Source of the DNA: Spirochaetia bacterium
GTDB lineage: Bacteria; Spirochaetota; Spirochaetia; UBA9216
Length of the DNA: 64,000 nucleotides
Direction of reading: 5' to 3'
NCBI GenBank assembly: GCA_963675665.1
Contig: OY776510.1
Coordinates: 4,896,001 to 4,960,000 of the forward strand
The notes under the pieces were generated by a model. It was not told the origin of the DNA and searched no databases. It saw nothing but the letters and a program-made list of their open reading frames with translations. How positions within the stretch are numbered: the stretch's first letter is position 1; each line of letters opens with the position of its first letter. Positions 1-11,010 of the stretch are shown here, one piece after another. The position numbers were made by a program, and so were the translations under genes.

Positions 1-1191
1 GATCTCTTTTGTCTGGAACGCGGTAGATTCAAGCACTGCCCTGGCTATATGCGATTTATTAACAAATCCTGTCAGCCCGGCGATTATTCCCCGCGCATCA
101 GGACGCCACCTGGGCGCGAACAGACCTGAAAAAGCCGGGACAAAGTATACGCCCCCGCAGTCTTCAACTTTCAGTGCGAGTTTTTCAATGTCTCCGGATT
201 TATCTATCAGTCCCAGGTTGTCCCGGACCCACTGTACCAGAGCCCCGGCAACAGCAATGGATCCTTCGAGGGCATATACGGCGGCTTCATCCCCGATTTT
301 ATAAAGGAGGGTCGTAAGCAGGCCGTACCGCGATTGTACAGCTTCAGCTCCTGTATTGGCCAGCATGAAACAGCCCGTACCGTATGTGTTCTTGCTTGTG
401 CCCTGATCAAAGCAGGCCTGTCCGAACATTGCGGCTTGCTGGTCACCAAGAATTCCGCATACGGGAATTTCAGCCCCAAAGGCCCCGCTTTTACGGGTGT
501 ATCCGTATGCCTTGGACGGCACCGATGATACAATTTCAGGTAATACGGAAACCGGAACTTCAAATTGCCCAAGCAAATCATCATCCCACTTTAATGAGGC
601 GAGATCCATAAGCATTGTCCGGCTTGCGTTCGTTACATCGGTGACAAAAGCTCCGCCGTCACGGCCCCCGGTAAGTTTCCATACAAGCCAGCTGTCGATC
701 GTCCCGATCATTGCCCGACCGTCTTTAACAGCATCAGCAACCGTTTTTGAATTACGCATCAGCCACTGTATTTTAGTAGCTGAAAAATAGGTGGCAAGAG
801 GCAACCCGGTCTTGCCCCTGAAGCGGTCGGAGCCACCGTCACGCGAGAGCTCGGCGACAATATCGGAAGTCCTTGTATCCTGCCAGACTATAGCATTATG
901 CAGCGGCTGCCCGGTGGTACGGTCCCATGCAACGGTTGTTTCACGCTGATTGGTAATCCCGACAGCGGCCACCTCTTCAGGGCGTACATCATTATCGGCC
1001 AGAACGGTGATCACGGTTTTTCGCGTGTTCTCCCATATTTCAAGCGGGTCGTGTTCTACCCATCCAGGTTTTGGAAAAATCTGCCTGTGTTCGATTTGAT
1101 TAGAAAAAACAGGGTTCCCGTTCGTATCAAAAAGAATAAATCTGGTACTTGTTGTTCCCTGATCAATTGCTCCGATAAATTTATGCTGCAT
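1..1191 (-). CDS. glpK: Glycerol kinase (FGGY family), 3' end runs off the window
   Basis: Absent from the ORF track because it has no stop in the window. Manual translation from ATG at 1191 gives [17 protein letters not shown]...GITNQRETT...IVWQDTRT...GDQQAA...KNTYGTGCF, the GlpK motifs. GAGG RBS upstream. Confidence 0.93.
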   Translation of the reverse strand, partial: MQHKFIGAIDQGTTSTRFILFDTNGNPVFSNQIEHRQIFPKPGWVEHDPLEIWENTRKTVITVLADNDVRPEEVAAVGITNQRETTVAWDRTTGQPLHNAIVWQDTRTSDIVAELSRDGGSDRFRGKTGLPLATYFSATKIQWLMRNSKTVADAVKDGRAMIGTIDSWLVWKLTGGRDGGAFVTDVTNASRTMLMDLASLKWDDDLLGQFEVPVSVLPEIVSSVPSKAYGYTRKSGAFGAEIPVCGILGDQQAAMFGQACFDQGTSKNTYGTGCFMLANTGAEAVQSRYGLLTTLLYKIGDEAAVYALEGSIAVAGALVQWVRDNLGLIDKSGDIEKLALKVEDCGGVYFVPAFSGLFAPRWRPDARGIIAGLTGFVNKSHIARAVLESTAFQTKEI

Positions 1192-1309
1192 GGCGACCTC
1201 CGTCAGTAATTTCCTTTTGACCATTTTATTCTTAAAAAATGAATTCTTCAATGAAAATAAGTTTGTGATGGCGCACCTTGCAAGTTAAAGCCTTTAGCTC
1301 TATATTCAT

Positions 1310-2464
1310 GTGATGGAAACAATTAATCTTAAAATTGATTCGCTGTCATACGGCGGCAACGGTGTCGGCCGCCATGAAGGCATAGTATATTTTGTTCCTT
1401 TCAGCGCGCCCGGAGATCTGCTTGAAGTTCAGATCACACAAAAAGAAAAACGTTACAGATATGCAGATATAATCAGGATAATCGAACCGTCGCCTGAACG
1501 GGTTACACCCCCATGCCCCCACGCCGGGAGTTGTGGCGGCTGCCAGTGGCAGCATATAAATTACGTAACGCAAACTGAAAGCAAGACCGGGGAACTTAAA
1601 ACGGCGCTTCTTAAGCTTCGACTTAATGAGGCAGCTGAAAAAATCAATACAATAATCGCTTCTCCGAAACAGTTCGGCTACAGGCGAACAGCCAGATTCA
1701 AGACAGAACCATCCGACGGCAAAGAATCACTTGATTTCGGATTTTACAGGTCCGGCAGCCGTGATCTGATAAAAATCAGTAACTGCATGCTGCTGGAGCA
1801 GCAGATAAATGAGTTCCTGCCCCAACTCAGGCTTAATGACAACAATCTTGTTGGTTTTGATTTGTTTATGGATGAAGAAAAAGAAGTGCATCCATTCTAT
1901 CGGTTTTCGGAAAAAGATCCGGGCGCTGATTTTTTCCAGGTTAACAGCGAAGTTAACAGGTTATTGATCGATTACATAAACAAAATCATTCGCGGGAAGA
2001 CATCAGAGCGAAAGCCCCGGATTATGGATCTTTATTGCGGAGACGGGAACCTCAGCCTGCCTTTTGCAGATATAGCAGCCTCCATAGCCGCCTGGGACAA
2101 TTCAAAAACGGCAATTGACAGGGGAAGAATAAAAGCTGAAAACGCAATGAACAGAAACCCGGGCTGTAAAATAAAATTCTTCAATGCCGATGTTTCCCGT
2201 TCCTGGAAAAATATTTCAGGCTATGCGAGAAACACCGACTGTATAATAATTGATCCGCCACGCCGCGGTTTAAAAAACCAGACGGCACGACTTGCAGGGC
2301 TTAAAGTGCCCATAATAGTTTACATATCCTGCTCTCCGCCGGCGCTTGTCCGCGACCTTGCGGACCTTGAGAAAGCAGGGTATACCGTTCAGGAGCTGCA
2401 GCCGTTTGATATGTTCCCGCAGACCTATCATCTTGAAACGGTTACGGTGCTTGTCAAAAAGTAA
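1310..2464 (+). CDS. RlmD/TrmA-family RNA (uracil-5)-methyltransferase with N-terminal TRAM domain
   Basis: TRAM start, CPHAGSCGGCQWQH Fe-S motif, FFQVN, DLYCGDG, IDPPRRG, YISC, FDMFPQTYHLE. Confidence 0.9.
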   Translation: MMETINLKIDSLSYGGNGVGRHEGIVYFVPFSAPGDLLEVQITQKEKRYRYADIIRIIEPSPERVTPPCPHAGSCGGCQWQHINYVTQTESKTGELKTALLKLRLNEAAEKINTIIASPKQFGYRRTARFKTEPSDGKESLDFGFYRSGSRDLIKISNCMLLEQQINEFLPQLRLNDNNLVGFDLFMDEEKEVHPFYRFSEKDPGADFFQVNSEVNRLLIDYINKIIRGKTSERKPRIMDLYCGDGNLSLPFADIAASIAAWDNSKTAIDRGRIKAENAMNRNPGCKIKFFNADVSRSWKNISGYARNTDCIIIDPPRRGLKNQTARLAGLKVPIIVYISCSPPALVRDLADLEKAGYTVQELQPFDMFPQTYHLETVTVLVKK

Positions 2465-2513
2465 TCTTTATACAGCCATATTTCGGATAGAAGAAAGTTG
2501 TTCTTATTACACC

Positions 2514-3329
2514 CTATTTAAAAATTGAAAATCCGCCGTCTACAACAAGGTTATGCCCGGTAACATAAGCCGAGGCCTCTGACGCCAGAAAAAGCGCAGC
2601 GCCTTTCAAATCAACTCCCATTTGCCCCCATCTTCCCAGCATAGTTCTGTCTGCATATTCATTTGTGAACCTTTCAGGAAGAAGGCCCTTGTCAAATCCA
2701 CCGGGAGAAATTGAATTTACCCTGATACCAAAGCGGCCAAGGGATGCCGCAAGATCCCTGCTTAACCCTATTACTCCTGCTTTCGCGGCTGCGTAATCTA
2801 CAGGTTGGGATTTCATCATACTATCCTCGTATAGATGTCTGTCCCTTCCGACAAGACCGGCAATCGAAGCTATATTTATAATAACCCCCTTTTTACGGTC
2901 CTTCATTACCCTTGCAGCTTCCCTGCAACAATGCAATACTCCGACAAGATTAATATTTAACAGATTTTCGGAATCTTCAGGAGTACGTTCAAAGATATTT
3001 CCTTCACTACCGCCAACGCCTCCACCGGCATTATTTATCAGAATATCCAGACGGCCTTTCCACGAAGCCGATTTTTCTACCATTTTCAAACAGGAATCTG
3101 ATGACCTTTGATCGAGCTCTACTCCCATGGTATCTATCAAAGGAAATTTTTCTTTTAATTTCTTTGCAGTAAACGTTGCCCGTTTTAAGTCGCGTGAGGT
3201 TACAACAATATTACACCCGGCATCAGCCAAGGCACACGCCATATCAAAACCCAACCAGGAATGAGCTCCAGTTACTATGGCCACATGGTCAGTAAGACTA
3301 AATAAATTAAAAACTGAATTATCCGACAT
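2514..3329 (-). CDS. SDR oxidoreductase (gluconate 5-dehydrogenase-like)
   Basis: VTGAHSWLG, NNAG, YAAAK motifs. Start trimmed to MSDNSVFNLF, overlapping the stop of the upstream gene. Confidence 0.85.
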   Translation of the reverse strand: MSDNSVFNLFSLTDHVAIVTGAHSWLGFDMACALADAGCNIVVTSRDLKRATFTAKKLKEKFPLIDTMGVELDQRSSDSCLKMVEKSASWKGRLDILINNAGGGVGGSEGNIFERTPEDSENLLNINLVGVLHCCREAARVMKDRKKGVIINIASIAGLVGRDRHLYEDSMMKSQPVDYAAAKAGVIGLSRDLAASLGRFGIRVNSISPGGFDKGLLPERFTNEYADRTMLGRWGQMGVDLKGAALFLASEASAYVTGHNLVVDGGFSIFK

Positions 3330-4221
3330 TATATTCACCAGGCTTTCCAAGATATTTTTGAGCAGCAACAGAAACAATTCTTTTATCTTCATCATCCAAA
3401 GCAAGGAAAGGCCTTCTGGGTTCGCCAAATGGGATCCCGATACAGTCAAGAATATATTTCTGGGCAGCCATAAAACTTTTAGTATTTGATAAAGCTGATA
3501 TTACATTGTTAGCTTCAGTTTGCAGCCTTCTTGAAGCTTCAATTTCGCCAGTCTTATACAACTCAGTAATTCGTATAAATTTATCTGCCATGAAATTGAA
3601 AGTGCTGCCGATAGCACCGTCTGCTCCGGCTACCAAACCAGAAAGATACATTTCATCAAATCCGTTATAAACCAATAATTCAGGGGAATTATGTTTAATA
3701 CGTTCGAGATCGTAAAAATTCTCGGAAGTAAACTTAACTCCAATTATATATGGATTCTCCGTCAGATCAGCCAACACTTCCGGGGTCAGAATGACGCCGG
3801 ACAATCTCGGGAAATTATAAGGAATCAATGGTTTTTCAAGATTTTCAGCAAGATCCAGGTAATACCTGATTATTTCATTGACAGTAAATTTATAGTAAAA
3901 AGGAGGGATCGAAGATACCGCCTCAATATTCTGAAGGGAAGCTGCATGCTTTCCCAATTCCATAGTAAGATCTGTTCCGATTGATCCGATATGGGCAATA
4001 ATCCCGGCTCTTCCGGCAACCTGATCGCAGACAATTTCAAGTATATTCATACGTTCTTCGGGAGTTAAAAGAAAGGCTTCTCCGGTACTTCCACATACAT
4101 AAAAGCCGTCTACCCCTGTACTAATATTCTTTTCAACCAGCCCTCTTAATGCCGATTCATTTATTTTATTATCTGAAAAAGGAGTAAGAAGAGCTGTAAA
4201 TATTCCCTGAAGTAATTTCAT
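3319..4221 (-). CDS. nanA: N-acetylneuraminate lyase / DHDPS-family class I aldolase
   Basis: CGSTGEAF, catalytic Tyr (PYNFP), Schiff-base Lys (GVKFTS), GAIGSTFN. True substrate not established. Confidence 0.75.
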   Translation of the reverse strand: MKLLQGIFTALLTPFSDNKINESALRGLVEKNISTGVDGFYVCGSTGEAFLLTPEERMNILEIVCDQVAGRAGIIAHIGSIGTDLTMELGKHAASLQNIEAVSSIPPFYYKFTVNEIIRYYLDLAENLEKPLIPYNFPRLSGVILTPEVLADLTENPYIIGVKFTSENFYDLERIKHNSPELLVYNGFDEMYLSGLVAGADGAIGSTFNFMADKFIRITELYKTGEIEASRRLQTEANNVISALSNTKSFMAAQKYILDCIGIPFGEPRRPFLALDDEDKRIVSVAAQKYLGKPGEYNVG

Positions 4222-4289
4222 TTTCCCTCCAATAGATTTAAAAAAATAATATTCCCCGCTTATTAGATGGTTTATTCCGATCTATTTTC

Positions 4290-5333
4290 TTAATTTGATT
4301 CAAACCAGTTGTATGCTGTGCCGGTAGTTTTTCTTACAATAAGCTCTACATCAAGCTCATTGCTTAATGAAACCTTGTTGCTGTTTATTATATTTACCAG
4401 AATCGATACTCCGGTCTGCCCTTTTTTAAGGGTAGACTGATTAATTGTTGTAAGCGGAGGGTTCATTACCTTCGCCATTGGGATATCATCAAAACCCACA
4501 ACCGAAATATCTTCGGGAATCTTTAATCCCATCTCCTGTATTGCATTCATTACACCGAAAGCCATAAAGTCTCCCGCCACAAAAAACGCGGTAGGCTTGA
4601 CGGTTTTTACCAGTTTTTTGGTTATTAAATAACCGCTGTCTATATTGTTGGCGCCCTCGGTTATCAAAGACTGATCTATCCTGATACCGTTTTTCTTTAA
4701 CGCATCCATATAGCCCCTCAGCCTGTCTGCACTGCTGGACAGTATATCAGGACCGTTTATAAAACATATTTTCTTATGCCCAAGATCAATAAGATGTTCC
4801 GTTGCAATAAGCGCCCCTTTATAGTTATCTACACATACATGCGGGACATTAGTTACGCCGGGCATCCTTGAAGTCAGGACATACGGAATACCGGTTTCCT
4901 CTATTTTATCTATGATATCCCTGTGATTAAGCCCAGGACTTATAACAAGAAGCCCGTCTACCCTGTTCTGATAAATTACATCCAGATAATTATCTGAACG
5001 GCAATACAGAAGCAGAATGTAATATCCAAGCGTATCAGCTTCCTTGAATATTCCCCGGATGATCTCCTCATAAAAAGGGTTCATAAACACATAATCAATA
5101 TCATGTGGAATAAAAACACCGATTGTATTATTTTTCCTGATGGACATTCCTTTAGCCATGGCGCTCGGCTGATAATTGTATTTCTTTACAGTTTCAAGAA
5201 TCCTTTCCCTGGTCTCAGGAAGAATCTCTCCCTTATTATTCAACGCTCTTGATACTGTTGTTTTAGAAACCCCCAACTCATTCGCAATATCAGCAATAGT
5301 ATATTTTTTCTTTTTCTTAGGATAATGCTCCAT
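4290..5333 (-). CDS. LacI-family transcriptional regulator (copy 1)
   Basis: [24 protein letters not shown]; [12 protein letters not shown] and PPLTTI C-terminal motifs. Confidence 0.95.
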   Translation of the reverse strand: MEHYPKKKKKYTIADIANELGVSKTTVSRALNNKGEILPETRERILETVKKYNYQPSAMAKGMSIRKNNTIGVFIPHDIDYVFMNPFYEEIIRGIFKEADTLGYYILLLYCRSDNYLDVIYQNRVDGLLVISPGLNHRDIIDKIEETGIPYVLTSRMPGVTNVPHVCVDNYKGALIATEHLIDLGHKKICFINGPDILSSSADRLRGYMDALKKNGIRIDQSLITEGANNIDSGYLITKKLVKTVKPTAFFVAGDFMAFGVMNAIQEMGLKIPEDISVVGFDDIPMAKVMNPPLTTINQSTLKKGQTGVSILVNIINSNKVSLSNELDVELIVRKTTGTAYNWFESN

Positions 5334-5395
5334 AATAAATGTCCTTTAAATAAATAGCATGACCTCAGAATAATACACATTCCTCTAATTTTAAA

Positions 5396-6325
5396 CTAAC
5401 TTTTATTTATAAACCGCAAAATTGTTTCAAAGGAGGGTATGCCTCCTGTTGCACCAGGGTTTTGAACACTAAAAGCAGCTGCAGCATTTGCAAATAATGC
5501 ACAATCATATAAATCCAATCCTTTTACATACGATGAAAGAAAAGCTGCAAAGAAAGCGTCGCCTGCCCCAACGGTATCAATTACTTCGGCGACATTAAAA
5601 GCAGGGGTCACTTTCTCAGATTTAAAATCGGTTATATAACATCCTTCTTTCCCCAGCTTGACACCGAATATTTTCAATCCGTATTTTGAAAAGAAGGTTC
5701 TCATTTCTTTTAAAGATTTTGTTCCTGTTATTTCAACAACCTCTTCAAAGCTCGGCAAGAAAATGTCAGTCCAGTACAAAGTTTCTTCAATTTTCTTCAG
5801 CCAGTCTTTATCATAATTGGAAGCTGTATCCATTGCTGTTATTACATTATTTTCTTTTGCATATCTGAATATTGGAACAATTCCTCCGCTATCCAGACCC
5901 GGAAGTTTATAAGCACTATTCAGACTTACCACTTTTGTATCATTTATCCTGCCCAACGATATATTAGAAACATCCAAAACGGATAACACTTCAGTATTTG
6001 GCAGAAAATGCCGCTCGCCCGAAGGTTCCACCAGAATAACACAAACACTGGTAGGGAATTGATCTGTTTTTATCACTCCGGATACATCAACTCCTTTTGA
6101 TGAAACATAGTTAATTAACATATCTCCCGTAGAATCATTTCCTACCGCGCTGATAATACCGGAGTCCAATCCCAGTGACGCCACATTAACAATTACATTT
6201 AAGGCGTCGCCTCCCGGAGTTATTCTTATTTTTTCGATCCGGGTCGACTGTTGTTTTAAACTCTCGCATGTTACAGGCTTTACTATAATATCGCTCAACA
6301 TGATCCCGATGGAAAGTATATCCAA
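5396..6325 (-). CDS. PfkB-family carbohydrate kinase
   Basis: PGGDALN and DTVGAGDAF motifs; TTG start at 6325 behind AAGGAG. Confidence 0.9.
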   Translation of the reverse strand: MDILSIGIMLSDIIVKPVTCESLKQQSTRIEKIRITPGGDALNVIVNVASLGLDSGIISAVGNDSTGDMLINYVSSKGVDVSGVIKTDQFPTSVCVILVEPSGERHFLPNTEVLSVLDVSNISLGRINDTKVVSLNSAYKLPGLDSGGIVPIFRYAKENNVITAMDTASNYDKDWLKKIEETLYWTDIFLPSFEEVVEITGTKSLKEMRTFFSKYGLKIFGVKLGKEGCYITDFKSEKVTPAFNVAEVIDTVGAGDAFFAAFLSSYVKGLDLYDCALFANAAAAFSVQNPGATGGIPSFETILRFINKS

Positions 6326-6367
6326 GAATATCTCCTTAACATAAAATATTATAGTCAAAAATCATTA

Positions 6368-7318
6368 TCAATTATGCTTCATCCCAGAATTCTTATAACC
6401 CAGAATTCTGGTTATTTTATATTCAACAACCTCCTGAACTGCGACCCGGGCAGCTGCCAAATACAACCTCGGATCAAAATCAGAAGGATTTTCAGATAAA
6501 TACTTTCGTATTGTTCCTGATATTGCAAGCCTTATATCCGTATCAACATTTATCTTGCAAACAGCGGTATCAGATGATGCTTTCTTAAGCATCTGTTCAG
6601 GGATCCCTTTTGCTCCTTCTATGAACCCGCCGTATTTATTAATCATCTGTGAATACACCGGCATCACTGAAGAAGCCCCATGCAACACTATCGGAAATCC
6701 AGGTATCAACTCCTCAATTTTCTCAAGAATATCAAATCTCAAAGACGGTTCCTGATTTTCCTTGAATTTATATGCTCCATGACTTGTTCCTATTGCTACA
6801 GCCAGAGAATCTACTCCTGTATTTTCAACAAACTCTTTTGCCTGAACCGGATCAGTATAAAAAGCATTATTTCCTTCAACTTTTACATCATCCTCAATTC
6901 CGGAAATCTTTCCAAGCTCTCCTTCAACGGTCACCCCGAAATCATGGGCATAATCACAAACACTTTTTGTAAGGGCGATATTTTCTTCGAAACTGTGCGA
7001 AGACCCGTCTATCATCACAGAAGTAAAACCGGCTTTTATAAACTCTTTACATAATTCCAGACTATCACCATGATCCAGATGCAAAGCTATTGGAAGACCT
7101 TTTTCCTCTGCACATATCCTGGTTATTTCAACGATATTACTGATGTTTGTATATTGTTTTGTAATTTTGGACGCCTGTAAAATTACCGGAGTATTATACG
7201 TATAGACTCCGTTAACTATACCTTCAATTGTTTCCATCTGGTTTATATTGAAGGCACCTATTGCATATCCGTCTTTATAAGCATCCCGTAATATTTCTTT
7301 GGTATTAACAATCGACAT
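6368..7318 (-). CDS. fba: Class II fructose-bisphosphate (ketose-bisphosphate) aldolase
   Basis: ALHLDHG, VEGELG, AIGTSHGAYK, VLHGASS, KINVDTD. Confidence 0.9.
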   Translation of the reverse strand: MSIVNTKEILRDAYKDGYAIGAFNINQMETIEGIVNGVYTYNTPVILQASKITKQYTNISNIVEITRICAEEKGLPIALHLDHGDSLELCKEFIKAGFTSVMIDGSSHSFEENIALTKSVCDYAHDFGVTVEGELGKISGIEDDVKVEGNNAFYTDPVQAKEFVENTGVDSLAVAIGTSHGAYKFKENQEPSLRFDILEKIEELIPGFPIVLHGASSVMPVYSQMINKYGGFIEGAKGIPEQMLKKASSDTAVCKINVDTDIRLAISGTIRKYLSENPSDFDPRLYLAAARVAVQEVVEYKITRILGYKNSGMKHN

Positions 7319-7380
7319 TAAATCTTCCTTATTATCATAACTACTTAATCAAAAACCTTTTCTAACAATGAATAATAAAT

Positions 7381-8316
7381 CTATTTATGCAGAAGCTTTT
7401 TACACTGACTGACAATATTGTCACTGGTAAGATCATATTCTTTTAATAATGATTCCGGATCACCGGATTGTCCAAAACGATCTTCTACACCGATTCGTTT
7501 CATTTTTATAGCACCATTTCCAATCAGCAATTCTGATATAGCGCCGCCTAATCCGCCGATTATTGAATGTTCTTCAACAGTAACGACAGCGCCTGTTTTC
7601 TTTGCTTCAGCCAGTATCAATTCGTTATCCAGAGGTTTTATTGTATGTATATTTACTACAGATGCGCTTATTCCATCTTCAGCAAGTTTCTGAGCAGCAA
7701 GAACAGCCTCTGCAGTCATAATACCGGTGGCAAAAATGCTTATATCTTCTCCTTCACGAAGCTTATATCCCTTCCCAATTTTAAATTCATGATTTTCATC
7801 TGTTAAGACGGCTGAAGGGGATCGCGCAATCCTGATATAAACCGGACCTTCAAATATAGCGGCAGCTTTAACAGCTTTTTTTGTTTCAACCGCATCACAC
7901 GGAACTATCACGGTCATATTCGGCAAAACCCTCATCAAAGCAATATCCTCTATTGACTGGTGACTGCCTCCATCTTCACCGACAGAAATTCCCCCGTGAG
8001 TTACTGCCACCTTAACATTGGACCTTGGATAACAGACGGAATTTCTGATTTGTTCATATGCCCTTCCGGCACCAAACAAAGCAAAAGTACTGACGAAAGG
8101 AATATATCCGCTCAGAGCCAATCCGCTGGCTACTCCTATCATATTCTGCTCTGCTATTCCCATATTAAAAAAGCGTTCTTTATATTTTTCTGCAAACTTG
8201 AAAGTCTGTGTGGCATGTGCAAGATCCGCATCCATTACTACAAGGTTGTCTATTTCGTTTCCTAATTCTACTAAAGTCTCACCGTAAGCTGTTCTTTGGG
8301 CTTCTAATTTCAGCAT
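7381..8316 (-). CDS. Transketolase, C-terminal (pyrimidine-binding) subunit
   Basis: MGIAEQNM, GEDGGSHQ, VEEHSIIGGLG. Confidence 0.92.
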   Translation of the reverse strand: MLKLEAQRTAYGETLVELGNEIDNLVVMDADLAHATQTFKFAEKYKERFFNMGIAEQNMIGVASGLALSGYIPFVSTFALFGAGRAYEQIRNSVCYPRSNVKVAVTHGGISVGEDGGSHQSIEDIALMRVLPNMTVIVPCDAVETKKAVKAAAIFEGPVYIRIARSPSAVLTDENHEFKIGKGYKLREGEDISIFATGIMTAEAVLAAQKLAEDGISASVVNIHTIKPLDNELILAEAKKTGAVVTVEEHSIIGGLGGAISELLIGNGAIKMKRIGVEDRFGQSGDPESLLKEYDLTSDNIVSQCKKLLHK

Positions 8317-8319
8317 TTG

Positions 8320-9129
8320 CTAACTCCTTCCCAATTCTTCTAATGCAAGCTGCATTTCTTCATTATTAGGGGCTTTCCCATGCCACCCAACGCAATTTTC
8401 CATAAAAGAGACACCCTTTCCTTTTACTGTTTCTGCAATAATACATTTCGGCTTATTATTTACTTTTGAATCCAGGGCTTTAAAGATATCCTCAAACTCA
8501 TTTCCATTGATGTTAAGAACTTCAAACCCGAAACTTTCAAATTTCTTATATACATCGCCCAGGCTCATAACCTCATTATTTGTTCCGTCAATCTGTAATT
8601 TGTTATAATCAAGAATAAGAGTGAAGTTATCCAGATTATAGTGAGCAGCTGACATGCAAGCTTCCCAAACCTGTCCTTCCTGTGCTTCGCCGTCTCCAAT
8701 AATACAGTAAATGTTATAGCCAGCCTTTTTTAATTTTGCCCCCAGGGCCATTCCTACAGCTATCGATATTCCCTGCCCCAGAGAACCGGTAGACGCATCA
8801 ACTCCGGGCAGTTTATGAAGATCCGGGTGACCTTGAAGCCTGCTGCCTATCTTTCTTAGTGAAATAAGTTCCTCTTTATCAAAGTAACCTCTTTCAGCCA
8901 ATACAGCATATAAAGCAGGAGCACCATGCCCTTTACTCAAAACAAGCCGATCGCGATTCTCCCAGCCTTTATTATTGGTATCAATATTCATTTTACTAAA
9001 ATAAAGGGCAATCAGGATTTCAACCATTGATAAAGAGCCACCCGGATGACCGGATTTGGCTTCATAAATCATTTTAATAATATTTTTCCGCACCTCTAGT
9101 GCTTTCTCTTGCAGTTCCTTCTCTTCCAT
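8320..9129 (-). CDS. Transketolase, N-terminal (TPP-binding) subunit
   Basis: SGHPGGSLS, LSKGH, LQGHP, GDGEAQEG...DYN, WHGK. Confidence 0.92.
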   Translation of the reverse strand: MEEKELQEKALEVRKNIIKMIYEAKSGHPGGSLSMVEILIALYFSKMNIDTNNKGWENRDRLVLSKGHGAPALYAVLAERGYFDKEELISLRKIGSRLQGHPDLHKLPGVDASTGSLGQGISIAVGMALGAKLKKAGYNIYCIIGDGEAQEGQVWEACMSAAHYNLDNFTLILDYNKLQIDGTNNEVMSLGDVYKKFESFGFEVLNINGNEFEDIFKALDSKVNNKPKCIIAETVKGKGVSFMENCVGWHGKAPNNEEMQLALEELGRS

Positions 9130-9196
9130 TCAGAATTCCTTGGTATTATTATTTTAATTATAAACTGTTGAGTAAGATTAAATATACATGCCTTTC

Positions 9197-10018
9197 TTAT
9201 TTTACGCTTCCAGCCGTTAAACCTTGCAGAAAATATTTCTGTAAGAATAGAAATATAATTATTAATGGAGCACTAGCCATAAACGATAAAGCCATTAAAG
9301 CATTCCATTCAGTTGAATATTCCCCTATAAGCATTCCGATGCCAATTGTCAACGGTCTTACATCGATTGTTCTTGTAAGCGTTACAGCAAACAGATACTC
9401 ATTCCACGCCAGAATAAAAGTGTATACACCTGTAGCAATTAAACCCGGCAAACTAGGCGGAAGAATAATAAAAAAGAAGGTTTTAAATGTACTGCAGCCG
9501 TCAATAATTGCGGCTTCATCCAATTCTCTCGGTATAGTAGTAATAAAATCCCGCATCATCATTATTGAGAAAGGTAACGCAAATGATGTATATGCAAGAA
9601 TCAGGGCAAAATAAGTATTATATATTCCTACTTTTGTAGAGAAAATAAAATATGGAATACTTAATAAAACCATCGGAAACATCTGTGTTAGTAAAATATA
9701 AATGAGAGCAACCTTTCTGCCTTTAAATTTAAATCGTGCAAATCCATAACCTGCCATAGATGAAAAAGCAATACAGATTATGGTTACAGAAAAAGATATA
9801 ATATAACTATTTAGAAATAATCTAATCAAATCTTTGTTACCAAAGACAGTGCGAAATGATTCTAACGAAAAGGTTTGCGGGATTATTTTTATAGGAGTGG
9901 AAAATACCTGGCTATTAGGCCGTAAGGCAATACTGACCATCCAGGCAATAGGGACAATGGCAATACAGCCTAAAACAATTATCCCTAAATATGTAGATAT
10001 ATTTCTTGTCTTTTTCAT
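9197..10018 (-). CDS. Carbohydrate ABC transporter permease (MalG-like)
   Basis: ELDEAAIIDG EAA loop, AWNEYLFA, hydrophobic helices. Confidence 0.92.
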   Translation of the reverse strand: MKKTRNISTYLGIIVLGCIAIVPIAWMVSIALRPNSQVFSTPIKIIPQTFSLESFRTVFGNKDLIRLFLNSYIISFSVTIICIAFSSMAGYGFARFKFKGRKVALIYILLTQMFPMVLLSIPYFIFSTKVGIYNTYFALILAYTSFALPFSIMMMRDFITTIPRELDEAAIIDGCSTFKTFFFIILPPSLPGLIATGVYTFILAWNEYLFAVTLTRTIDVRPLTIGIGMLIGEYSTEWNALMALSFMASAPLIIIFLFLQKYFLQGLTAGSVK

Positions 10019-10025
10019 ATTGATA

Positions 10026-10952
10026 TTAATCCTTTAACTTACCAACACTATCCTTTAGATAAGGTATAGACATCAGAACCATTATTAACAGCATAACTAT
10101 TGCCGCAGCAGCTGCAAACCCAAAATTCATTCTTCGAAATGCATAATTATAAACATAAGTAGACAAGATCTCTGATGAATTCATAGGACCTCCGCCGGTC
10201 ATCAGAAAGACCAGATCAAAAGCCCTGAAGTTCCATATAAGCTCTAGTGTTGTAACTGTAAAAATGATATTCTTTATATGGGGTATTGTAATATAAAATA
10301 ATTTTTGAAACGGCCCGGCCCCGTCCAGTTCAGCTGCTTCATATAAATATTCCGGTATGGTCTGTAAACCGGCCAAAAGCATTAACATCATAAATGGAGA
10401 ACCTCTCCAAATATTTGATACAATAATACCGAACAGCGCAGTACGTTCATCTCCAAGCCAGGCCATCCGGGCCAGGGCTTCAAAACCCAGAAAATCAAGA
10501 ACTCCGTTCAACAATCCAAAAGGATTAAAAATAAGGAGCCATGTAGCGGCAATAACCGTTGAAGATATTAGCCATGGAAACATGAACATAGACCTGAAAA
10601 AGGCCCTGAATCTACCATTAATTCGCTGATTCAACAGCAGTGCCAATGACAAACCTATAACCAACCCCGCAAAAACACTCGTCAGACAGAAAATCAAAGT
10701 GTTCTTGACCGAATTCCAGAACAACGGATCGCCAAGGACCTTTATGTAGTTCTGAAAACCGAACCCTGATAAAACCAGTTTTGCTGTGCTTTCACTAAAA
10801 CTCAGACGGATTATCTGAATCATTGGATATCCAGTCAGCAACAGCAACAGAACCATTGCAGGCAAGATCAAAGAAACCCTTTGATAAAAGCTAATAAAAT
10901 TTCGATATTTATTAGTTATTGTGTTCTGATTATTAACCAGTAAACCAGACAT
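10026..10952 (-). CDS. Carbohydrate ABC transporter permease (MalF-like)
   Basis: LYEAAELDGA EAA loop, MTGGGP; start approximate. Confidence 0.92.
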   Translation of the reverse strand: MSGLLVNNQNTITNKYRNFISFYQRVSLILPAMVLLLLLTGYPMIQIIRLSFSESTAKLVLSGFGFQNYIKVLGDPLFWNSVKNTLIFCLTSVFAGLVIGLSLALLLNQRINGRFRAFFRSMFMFPWLISSTVIAATWLLIFNPFGLLNGVLDFLGFEALARMAWLGDERTALFGIIVSNIWRGSPFMMLMLLAGLQTIPEYLYEAAELDGAGPFQKLFYITIPHIKNIIFTVTTLELIWNFRAFDLVFLMTGGGPMNSSEILSTYVYNYAFRRMNFGFAAAAAIVMLLIMVLMSIPYLKDSVGKLKD

Positions 10953-11010
10953 AACACTCATCTCCCTTTTCAGCTCCAAAAGCTTTTGTTAGTAAATTAA
11001 AAGGCAAATA

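Noticed and set aside
2465-2513. att site or direct repeat bounding the sugar island
   Set aside because: No repeat matching the 22570-22660 side was seen, and there is no integrase or tRNA nearby.
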